NCBI GenBank assembly: GCA_033809515.1
Contig: JAPXLN010000002.1
Coordinates: 6,173 to 70,172 of the forward strand
Length of the DNA stretch: 64,000 nt
Direction of reading: 5' to 3'
Source of the DNA: Bacillota bacterium
GTDB taxonomy: Bacteria; Bacillota; Sulfobacillia; Fermentithermobacillales; Fermentithermobacillaceae
Shown here: positions 9,511 through 17,301 of the stretch, in pieces
Layout of the letters: each line of letters opens with the position of its first letter
How positions within the stretch are numbered: the first letter of the stretch is position 1
Position numbers and translations under genes: made by a program
The notes under the pieces: model-generated
What the model was told of the DNA's origin: nothing
The model's database searches: none
The model's input: only the letters and a program-made list of their open reading frames with translations

Positions 9511-9535
9511 GGAAAAGGGTAACGATGAAGGATGA
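9320..9535 (+). CDS. rpoZ: DNA-directed RNA polymerase subunit omega
   Basis: MVNPPQRDLPLESQYKLAIAVAKRARKLVAE.., with a GAGGGGAGGG RBS before the ATG at 9320. Confidence 0.8.
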   Translation: MVNPPQRDLPLESQYKLAIAVAKRARKLVAEQNPALSQGMKPVTIAMEEISEGKVEIVNSKPGKEKGNDEG

Positions 9536-9594
9536 TTGTGGCAGGGCACTGTCCGGAGGTGCCCTGCCGCTTGTATGACGGAGGAAATTACGCC

Positions 9595-10803
9595 ATGTTG
9601 ACAGGAAAAACGGTGCTATTAGGGGTTTCGGGAGGCATTGCAGCGTACAAAGCTGTTGACGTAGCTTCCCGTCTTCGCAAGCTTAACGCCCAGGTGCATG
9701 TCATAATGACCAGGAACGCAGCAAAACTTGTGGGTCCTATTACGTTTCGCACTATTTCGGGCAACCCTGTTCACGTTGAAATGTTCGAAGAACCAAAGCG
9801 CTGGAACGTTGAGCACATTGCTCTGGCAAGCCGGGCCGATCTTTTCTTGCTGTGCCCCGGGACAGCCAATGCAATAGGTAAGATCGCCTCCGGCATAGCT
9901 GACGATTTTCTTACTACTGTGGTCATGGCCTGCACAAGCCCTAAACTCATATGCCCGGCCATGAATACAAACATGTACGAAAACCCGGCGGTTCAGGCCA
10001 ATCTGGAAAAGCTCAGGTCCTGGGGATACCATGTCATGGAACCTGAATCCGGGCGTCTGGCATCAGGGGCCATGGGTAAGGGCAGGCTTCCTGAGCCCGA
10101 GGCTATCCTTGACGCGGCCCTCAAAATACTGAGACCCTGCCGGGATCTGGAGAACATAAGGGTGCTTGTGACTGCAGGACCAACCCGCGAATGGATTGAC
10201 CCTGTGCGGTTTATCTCACCTCCCTCTACAGGGAAGATGGGATATGCCCTGGCCCAGGCGGCCCGGGACCGGGGAGCAGACGTCATACTGGTTTCAGGGC
10301 CTGTTGACATAGGGCCTCCTGAAGGAGTTCAGGTGGTGCAGGTTGAGACAACCAGGGACATGCTTGAGGCGTGTCTTTCCGCATACCCAAAGGTCCAGGT
10401 TGTCATAGGCGCTGCGGCCCCATCAGACTTTCGGCCTGTAGACAGGGCTGCCGGCAAGATAAAGAAGAAGGGCCATACCATTAGCATCGTTTTTGAGGAG
10501 ACCGAGGATATCCTGGCAGCTTTGGGGAAACAAAAAGACCATCGCATCCTCGTAGGCTTTGCCGCTGAAACGAGCAATCTGATTGAGTATGCCAGGGCGA
10601 AGATGGTCTCTAAGAATTTGGATTTTGTGTGCGCTAACCGGGTGGACCTTCCTGACCGGGGATTTAGTTCACTTTCCAATGCGGTGACGCTGGTTTACAG
10701 AGACGGCACCATTGAGGAGATTCCGCTGGCCCCTAAGTATGACGTTGCCTGGGCCATACTGGACAGAGTCAGGAATATCCTTGTTGAGCGCTCAGGAAAG
10801 TAG
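9595..10803 (+). CDS. coaBC: Bifunctional phosphopantothenoylcysteine decarboxylase/synthetase
   Basis: MLTGKTVLLGVSGGIAAYKA.. flavoprotein N-domain plus a C-terminal CoaB domain. GGAGGA lies 9 nt upstream of the ATG at 9595. Confidence 0.85.
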   Translation: MLTGKTVLLGVSGGIAAYKAVDVASRLRKLNAQVHVIMTRNAAKLVGPITFRTISGNPVHVEMFEEPKRWNVEHIALASRADLFLLCPGTANAIGKIASGIADDFLTTVVMACTSPKLICPAMNTNMYENPAVQANLEKLRSWGYHVMEPESGRLASGAMGKGRLPEPEAILDAALKILRPCRDLENIRVLVTAGPTREWIDPVRFISPPSTGKMGYALAQAARDRGADVILVSGPVDIGPPEGVQVVQVETTRDMLEACLSAYPKVQVVIGAAAPSDFRPVDRAAGKIKKKGHTISIVFEETEDILAALGKQKDHRILVGFAAETSNLIEYARAKMVSKNLDFVCANRVDLPDRGFSSLSNAVTLVYRDGTIEEIPLAPKYDVAWAILDRVRNILVERSGK

Positions 10804-10809
10804 CTGCCT

Positions 10810-12810
10810 ATGGACATTTCGTACTGGGATGTCATAGTTGAGGTTCCAGCCCTGTGGGACAGGCACTTCACCTACAGCTGCCGGAGTTTGCTTGAGATCC
10901 CCTATGGAGCTAAGGTTCGTGTGCCCTTCGGAGCGTCAACTTGCGATGGATATGTGGTTGGCCGGGGCACGCCCCCCGGCAACCTCGACATAAAGGAAAT
11001 CGCGGAAATATACGATCTCCGGTTTTTGCCGCCGCCTGAGCTCCTTTACTTCGGCCGGCTCCTGGCTGAGGGCTATTCTGCCCCTCTTACATCTGTGTGG
11101 TCTTGCTTCTGGCCGCCTGTTGCAGGCAGGAAGAAGGTTCCCGACGCAGATTTTGAGCAGGCCCCGCCGCCTGGGACCCGGCCGGCGACAGAGGACATAT
11201 TCTCTCCTGCCAAAAAAGAGATGGGAAGGCCCCGTGAAGAAGGTTTGGAGGATGGGTGCAGCCAAGCCGTTCTGGTCAGGGGCACAAGGGAATTTCGCTG
11301 GAATCACTACCTTGACAGGATCAAAGAGTGCCTGGAGAAGGGCTTACAGGCCCTTATCCTTGTCCCTGAAATCAGCTGTATTCCCTATGCCGCAGAGCGT
11401 CTGAAAAGTCTGCCGGGCGACGTTGTGTCGGTGATTCACTCTGAACTGACGGGCGTCACAAGGCGCAACGCCTGGCTCGGGGTTCTGTCAGGAGAGAAGC
11501 CAGTTGCCCTTGGTACCCGTTCGGCGGCCTTTCTGCCTGTTACCGGTCTTGGGCTCATTGTTGTGGATGAAGAAGAGTCGGATTTCCACAAGTCGCCGGA
11601 GGGCCCCTTTTACCATGCCAGGACCGTGGCCCGTCTCAGGGCCCAGGCTGCAGGAGCAGAGCTCTTGTTTGGCACGTCTCACCCTTCAGTTCTCTCGTAC
11701 CGCCTTGTCTCTGAAGGCAGGTTTTCGCTGGTGGATCAGGACCGGTCAGGAAAGAGCGTAGACTGTATTGTGGTTGACCTGAAGGGTATGCCGCGCTTTA
11801 GGGGGATCATAGCTCCCCAGACAGAACAGCACCTCAAGCAGACTTTTTCTTTGGGGGAAAATGCATTTTTGTTCCTGAACCGCCGGGGGGACTCAACCCA
11901 GGTAACCTGCGAAGATTGTGGCCATGTGCTCATGTGCCCTATGTGCAAAGCTCCCCTTGTGCGTCATTCGCGTAACTCTTACCTGGTATGCCATACGTGC
12001 GGAAGAAAGGAGAGCCCGCCGGAACGGTGCCCAAACTGCGGCGGACACAGGTGGCGCTTTTCCGGGTTCGGCATAGAGCGCGCTCAACGGGAGTTCGTTA
12101 AGAAGTTCCCTGATGTGCCGGTTGTACGCATTGACAGCGACACGGCCAGGGATGGGCCGGCAGATCGGGCCCTGCAGGGATTGGAGGGGGCCGGCCCTGT
12201 GTGTCTCCTGGGAACCCAGATGGCCTTGAACTTGTGTCGCGACGTGCCCCGGCTGGGATTGGTCGGCGTGCTGTCTTCTGACAGTTTGCTTAACTTGCCC
12301 GACTTCATGGCTTCTGAGAAGGTCTATCATTTGCTGTGCAAGCTCAAAGAGCTCCTTGAGGAAGGCAGGCCGGGTTCCGCTGTGGGTTCTGCTCAGGGTG
12401 CGAAGAAACGATTTGTCCTGCAGACTCTGAATCCCCATCATCATGCAGTGGCGGGCTTATCCGACCCGGTCGCTTTTTACGAAGAAGAGCTGGCTAACAG
12501 GGAAGCCTTAGGATATCCGCCTTTCGGGTCCATGTTCAAGGTCAGCTTTGTGGGGAAACAAGAAGGCAGAGTCGAAGAAGCTGCCGGGGTCTTTGCCGGG
12601 GAATGTATGAAAAGGTCCGGCGATATTAATGTTCTGGGGCCGTCACCTGCCCCTAAGTCAAAGGTGAGAGGAAACTATATATGGCAGGTGGCCCTCAGAG
12701 GACAAGATCAAAAGACGCTTAGCAAGGCATGCCTGGATGCCATAGCTAAAGCTTCCGGGGTTAGAGGAGTTCGGGTTTCTGTGGACAGCGATCCGGTCAG
12801 CATGTCGTAA
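10810..12810 (+). CDS. priA: Primosomal protein N' (PriA) homologue with degenerate helicase motifs
   Basis: N-terminal 3'-DNA-binding domain, a Cys-rich zinc region with four CxxC motifs, and a C-terminal domain are all present. Walker A (expected GVTGSGKT) reads RGTREFRW. DEEHD reads DEEESD. Motif VI (QVAGRAGR) reads EEGRPGS. Confidence 0.8.
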   Translation: MDISYWDVIVEVPALWDRHFTYSCRSLLEIPYGAKVRVPFGASTCDGYVVGRGTPPGNLDIKEIAEIYDLRFLPPPELLYFGRLLAEGYSAPLTSVWSCFWPPVAGRKKVPDADFEQAPPPGTRPATEDIFSPAKKEMGRPREEGLEDGCSQAVLVRGTREFRWNHYLDRIKECLEKGLQALILVPEISCIPYAAERLKSLPGDVVSVIHSELTGVTRRNAWLGVLSGEKPVALGTRSAAFLPVTGLGLIVVDEEESDFHKSPEGPFYHARTVARLRAQAAGAELLFGTSHPSVLSYRLVSEGRFSLVDQDRSGKSVDCIVVDLKGMPRFRGIIAPQTEQHLKQTFSLGENAFLFLNRRGDSTQVTCEDCGHVLMCPMCKAPLVRHSRNSYLVCHTCGRKESPPERCPNCGGHRWRFSGFGIERAQREFVKKFPDVPVVRIDSDTARDGPADRALQGLEGAGPVCLLGTQMALNLCRDVPRLGLVGVLSSDSLLNLPDFMASEKVYHLLCKLKELLEEGRPGSAVGSAQGAKKRFVLQTLNPHHHAVAGLSDPVAFYEEELANREALGYPPFGSMFKVSFVGKQEGRVEEAAGVFAGECMKRSGDINVLGPSPAPKSKVRGNYIWQVALRGQDQKTLSKACLDAIAKASGVRGVRVSVDSDPVSMS

Positions 12811-12859
12811 AAGAATCTGTTAAAATGATAAAATAGCAGCTCCGAAAGGTGATGCATAT

Positions 12860-14302
12860 ATGGCTACGCTTCCCATACTTGGGTTTGAGGATAGTTTGCT
12901 GCGGAAGAAGTCAAGGCGCGTGCCCCACGTTAACAGGGCCGTCAGGAAGACCCTTGACCATATGATCGATACTATGAGGACCTACCAGGGAGTGGGCCTG
13001 GCTGCCCCTCAGATCGGTTTGCTGAAGCGAATCATTGTGGTTGATGTAGGCGAGGGTCCGTATTTCCTGGTTAACCCCGAAATTGTCTTCAAGTCAGAAG
13101 AAGAAGAAGAGGGATGGGAAGGGTGCTTGAGCTGGCCTGGATATATGGGCCAGGTCTCCCGGGCCAGCAGGGTCACTGTGCGAGCTTTGGACAGAGACGG
13201 CCATGAGACTTGGGTCGAGGGAGAGGGCTTTCTGGCCCGAGCTCTGCAGCACGAAATCGACCATCTTGACGGGATTCTGTTCGTAGACCGGGCAACTACG
13301 GTTACGGAGATTACAAGGGCAGAAGAGAGCTCTGAACCCGAAAAGAGTGAGGACGGCCCATCTGTCACAACCGTCTTTCTGGGAAGCCCGGACTTTGCCG
13401 TCCCTTCGCTGGATGCCCTCTGCAACGCAGGGGTTAGTGTGTCCCTGGTTATTACGCAGCCTGACCGCCCTTTTGGACGCAGGCAGGTTTTGCGGCCGAC
13501 CCCGGTCAAGGAGCAAGCTTTGCGCCTGGGTTTGCCTGTGCTTACAGTTCCTTCGCTTAATGAGCCCGGCGTCATAGAAAAAGTCCGGTCTTTGAACCCG
13601 GATTTCATATCCGTTGTAGCTTTTGGACAAAGAATCCCCAGGGAGATTATTGACAGTCCCAAATATGCTACGCTTAACGTACATCCGTCGCTGCTTCCTT
13701 CGTATCGCGGGGGAAACCCTGTGCAAAGGGCGGTCATGGCGGGCGATAAGGTTACAGGAGTCAGCATCATATACTTGAGCGATAAGATGGATGCAGGGGA
13801 CATATGTCTTCAGCGGAAGGCAGAGATTGGGCCCGGGGAGACTTTTGGGACCCTGGAGAAACGGCTTGCAGAGATAGGCGCTCACGCTCTCCTGGAAAGC
13901 ATTGACCTGGTACTTGGCGGAGAAGCTCCCAGGATCCCTCAGGACGACAGTAAGGCAACTTTTGCCCGTCACCTGGGGCCCGGAGAAGACGCGGTGAACT
14001 GGAATTGCGGAAAAGATGCGGTTCACAACCTGGTCAGAGGTCTCTCACCCAGACCGGGCGCAGTGACTTCCTTCCGCGGCAAACGTATAAAAGTCTGGGA
14101 AACGTGCTCTTTGGATGGTCTGTACCAGGTGGGAGAACCTGGTGCTATACTGGGAATAGAGGGCGATGCCCTGGTGGTAAGCTGCAAGGACGGCGTTATC
14201 GGTGTTTCTGAGGTCCAGCCCGATGGCAAGAAGGTCATGTCCGGCAAGGCGTTTTACCTGGGTAGACCCGGGGGGTACTTGCGGTTTGGAACGGAAGAGT
14301 AA
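12860..14302 (+). CDS. def/fmt: Peptide deformylase / methionyl-tRNA formyltransferase fusion (single 480-aa ORF)
   Basis: Def motifs are intact: [27 protein letters not shown]. An E/S-rich linker ([25 protein letters not shown]) runs directly into the Fmt N-terminus ([21 protein letters not shown]..). There is no stop and no ATG/GTG/TTG at the junction. Confidence 0.8.
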   Translation: MATLPILGFEDSLLRKKSRRVPHVNRAVRKTLDHMIDTMRTYQGVGLAAPQIGLLKRIIVVDVGEGPYFLVNPEIVFKSEEEEEGWEGCLSWPGYMGQVSRASRVTVRALDRDGHETWVEGEGFLARALQHEIDHLDGILFVDRATTVTEITRAEESSEPEKSEDGPSVTTVFLGSPDFAVPSLDALCNAGVSVSLVITQPDRPFGRRQVLRPTPVKEQALRLGLPVLTVPSLNEPGVIEKVRSLNPDFISVVAFGQRIPREIIDSPKYATLNVHPSLLPSYRGGNPVQRAVMAGDKVTGVSIIYLSDKMDAGDICLQRKAEIGPGETFGTLEKRLAEIGAHALLESIDLVLGGEAPRIPQDDSKATFARHLGPGEDAVNWNCGKDAVHNLVRGLSPRPGAVTSFRGKRIKVWETCSLDGLYQVGEPGAILGIEGDALVVSCKDGVIGVSEVQPDGKKVMSGKAFYLGRPGGYLRFGTEE

Positions 14303-14329
14303 ACACGTAAGTAAGGAGGGGAGAGGGAG

Positions 14330-15004
14330 ATGGATGCAGGTTATGTTCTATTTGTGCTGCCGGCGCTCATTTTTGCGCTTTGGGCTCAAGGGAAAGTGAC
14401 CTCGGCATACAACGAGTATTCGCGTCTCCAGTCTCGAAGCAATACGCCGGCTTACGAGGTAGCGGCTGCATTGTTAGCCCGTGCAGGCCTGGGTGACATT
14501 CGGATTGAGCGAATACCCGGAACATTGCAAGACCATTACGATCCCAGAAACCGTACGCTCAGGCTGTCTGACGGAACCTACGGGAGCTCATCGGTGGCGG
14601 CCATCAGCATTGCAGCTCATGAGGCCGGTCACGCAGTGCAGCATTCAGTAGGTTATGCTCCTCTTGGCATAAGGAACGGGCTGGTTCCCATAGCTCAGCT
14701 GACCTCAAGAGCGTGGCTGCCCCTTTTTTTTATAGGTCTAATGCTCAGGTCGGGAACCCTTATGGATCTGGGTCTTTTGTTCTTCCTGGGCGTTATGGCG
14801 TTTCAAGTCATAACGCTTCCTGTGGAGTACAACGCATCTAGGCGAGCAATGGATATGCTGCAAGCGTCGGGCTTTGTAAGCGAAAGGGACATGGTTCCTG
14901 TAGGCAACATGCTCAATGCAGCTGCTTTGACCTATGTGGCGGCAACGGCGGTCTCTTTAGGGCAATTCTTGCGACTCCTCATGATCAGAGGGAGGCGCGA
15001 TTAG
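14330..15004 (+). CDS. Membrane zinc metallopeptidase (Zn_peptidase_2 / YpfJ-like), HEAGH motif
   Basis: HEAGHAVQH motif, several TM segments, and a strong RBS (AAGGAGGGGAGAGGGAG). Confidence 0.7.
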   Translation: MDAGYVLFVLPALIFALWAQGKVTSAYNEYSRLQSRSNTPAYEVAAALLARAGLGDIRIERIPGTLQDHYDPRNRTLRLSDGTYGSSSVAAISIAAHEAGHAVQHSVGYAPLGIRNGLVPIAQLTSRAWLPLFFIGLMLRSGTLMDLGLLFFLGVMAFQVITLPVEYNASRRAMDMLQASGFVSERDMVPVGNMLNAAALTYVAATAVSLGQFLRLLMIRGRRD

Positions 15005-15005
15005 G

Positions 15006-16325
15006 GTGGGCAAAGGCGCCCGGGAGGTCGTGTTAGAGGCTCTTTCAGAAGGCCTTCATGCAGACTCCTGGGCCAATTGCTTGCAGTCCATACAGGATCC
15101 AAGAGATCGGGCCCTGGCATTGGAGCTGTTAAGCGGGGTGACCAGGTGGCGTAATCTCTTAGACGAGTACATTTGCGGGTTTTCAAACCGTCCCGTTGAG
15201 GCCATCTCCAATCGCCTGAAGCATGCCCTGAGGATTGGGGCTTTCCAGCTTCTTTTTCTAGGTATGCCGCCTTATACTGTCGATTCGGTGGTGAGCCTTC
15301 TTTCCCGGAAAGGTCAGCGAGGGTACTGCAATGCTGTTCTAAGGGAAATGGCCCGGTCTATAGGACATATTGAGCTTCCCGGCATAGATCAAGACCCTGT
15401 AGGGTACATGGCCAAGAGGTGGTCCTGTCCGGAATGGATAGCTCAGGTTCTTCTTGAGAGGTTTGGTCTGGAAGGCGCACTGAAGGTGCTTGAGAGGTCT
15501 AACCGGAGGCCTGTACTTAACCTGCGAGCTAACACTATGCGTTCTTCCGGTCAAGAGCTCTTGGAGCGTATGGTCAGTAAAGGGTATGATGCCACAAGAG
15601 GGCAACTTGATGCTTCTGTGCGGGTGCAACAAGGTGGAGCCGTTGAGGACATGCCCGGGTATGACGAGGGGTTGTTCACTGTACAAGATGAAGGAGCTAT
15701 GCTGGTCTCCCTGGTACTGGACCCTAAGCCCGGACAGACCATATGGGATGTATGTGCTGCGCCCGGCGGCAAGGCGACTCACATAGCTGAGCTTATGGGG
15801 GGAACAGGCACAGTGTTTGCCACAGACGCAAACCAGTCAAGGGCCGGTATGATCGTTGAATCAAAGGAGCGGTTAGGCCTCAGAAACATTGAGGTACGTG
15901 TCTTGGATGGGACTTCCGGATGGCCTGGCGGTGAGAGGTTTGACGGGGTTTTGATAGATGCGCCCTGCTCCGGGTTAGGGGTCCTTGACCGCAACCCGGA
16001 TCTAAGGTGGAACCGGCGCCCTTCAGACATCCCCAAACTGGCCAATCTTCAGCGGCGTATGCTGGAGGCTGCAGCTCCTTCCGTTAAGGGCGGGGGTACT
16101 CTGGTATACAGCACGTGCACGCTTACACAGGAAGAAAACGAGGGCGTTTGGGAGGCCTTTCTCATGGAGCACCGGGAGTTTGCTCCTTGCGAACCGGAAC
16201 CGTATCTGAGAGGAGCAGGGTTAGAGTTACCGGAAGACTCCTTTGGAGGGCCTGGATACTGCCACCTGTTGCCCCATGTGACCGGGACCGGTGGGTTCTT
16301 CATAGGGCGGGCTGTCAGAACATAG
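15006..16325 (+). CDS. rsmB: 16S rRNA (cytosine967-C5)-methyltransferase RsmB/Sun
   Basis: NusB-like N-domain. The methyltransferase core has DVCAAPGGK, a motif IV Cys (DAPCSG), and TCTL. Confidence 0.8.
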   Translation: MGKGAREVVLEALSEGLHADSWANCLQSIQDPRDRALALELLSGVTRWRNLLDEYICGFSNRPVEAISNRLKHALRIGAFQLLFLGMPPYTVDSVVSLLSRKGQRGYCNAVLREMARSIGHIELPGIDQDPVGYMAKRWSCPEWIAQVLLERFGLEGALKVLERSNRRPVLNLRANTMRSSGQELLERMVSKGYDATRGQLDASVRVQQGGAVEDMPGYDEGLFTVQDEGAMLVSLVLDPKPGQTIWDVCAAPGGKATHIAELMGGTGTVFATDANQSRAGMIVESKERLGLRNIEVRVLDGTSGWPGGERFDGVLIDAPCSGLGVLDRNPDLRWNRRPSDIPKLANLQRRMLEAAAPSVKGGGTLVYSTCTLTQEENEGVWEAFLMEHREFAPCEPEPYLRGAGLELPEDSFGGPGYCHLLPHVTGTGGFFIGRAVRT

Positions 16326-16545
16326 GATGTGGCTGAACCTGGATGCCGGCGCCGGGGCTGTCAAGCAGGAAGGCGGCGAGCTCCGGTAGAAGACATATCT
16401 CCGGGAATCAGAGAGTTCCGAAGGGAACCCTTGTTGAGCTTGAACCCGTCAATGGTTGAGACAGACGGATATCGGGCTGTTGCTGCTGGAAAACGAAAAG
16501 ACGGCGGCAGTTTGCGCGTGCAGACTGGATTTGGGGGGACCGGAA

Positions 16546-17301
16546 TTGGAGTGGAGCGCAAGATCTTCCAGGGGACTTGTCCGACCGGATAACGAAGACT
16601 CCTGGACCGTTCGGTCGTTTTCCGGCTCCGGGGTATGGTTGGCCATGGTAGCAGACGGCATAGGCGGCTATGAAGGGGGCGAACTGGCTTCAGCCTTAGC
16701 CATAGAATGGGCTGCAGACCATGTTCAGCGGGAATACGACATGAAGTCGCCTGAAGAGCTTCTGAAGGAAGCTTTTCTTTTTGCCAACGGAAAAATACTT
16801 GAAGCCGCTTCGGGGAATAAGGGACTCTCGCAGATGGGGACCACGCTTACGGCAGCGCTGGTTCTGGAAGCAGAGGGTCTGTTGTATGTGGGCCATGTCG
16901 GAGACAGCCGGGCGTACGTTATGTCCCGGGGACAGATTCGCCAGATCACTGACGATCATTCTATAACAGGCGAACTCATCAGAAACGGGACGATTTCAGA
17001 GGCAGACGCAAGGAAGCATCCGGGCAGGAACCTTCTGACAATGGCCCTTGGAAGCCAGGAGGATATTGCGGTTTCCGTTTACCGGGAGAAGCTGTCTGAA
17101 AATGACCTGATCCTATTGTGTACGGACGGGTTGACCGGGCTTGTTGAGTCTTCTGAGATCGCTTCTATTCTGGCGGAAAGCTCCGTCACTGAAGCTGCTC
17201 AGACAATGGTGGATTTGTCTAACAGCCGCGGTGGCCATGACAACGTCACCGTTGTTGTTCTTTGGCCCAACAGCAGTGTCTTGGGTGGTGATTCGAGGTG
17301 A
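16546..17301 (+). CDS. prpC: PP2C-family Ser/Thr protein phosphatase (PrpC/Stp)
   Basis: ..RPDNEDS.., MVADGIGGYEGGELAS, ..VGHVGDSRAY.., ..LCTDGL.., GGHDNVTVVV. A TTG start at about 16546 is inferred. The ORF-track start at 16456 adds a non-homologous N-terminus. Confidence 0.8.
   Translation: MEWSARSSRGLVRPDNEDSWTVRSFSGSGVWLAMVADGIGGYEGGELASALAIEWAADHVQREYDMKSPEELLKEAFLFANGKILEAASGNKGLSQMGTTLTAALVLEAEGLLYVGHVGDSRAYVMSRGQIRQITDDHSITGELIRNGTISEADARKHPGRNLLTMALGSQEDIAVSVYREKLSENDLILLCTDGLTGLVESSEIASILAESSVTEAAQTMVDLSNSRGGHDNVTVVVLWPNSSVLGGDSR

Noticed and set aside
13009-14026. Long antisense ORFs (264 and 310 aa) opposite the def/fmt gene
   Set aside because: They lie entirely within a strongly supported sense CDS, show low-complexity S/P/R-rich translations and have no RBS. 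This is a typical high-GC antisense artefact.
16329-16592. 87-aa ORF in the rsmB-prpC gap as a possible rlmN remnant
   Set aside because: The translation has no radical-SAM CxxxCxxC motif and no similarity to RlmN. It is probably non-coding.
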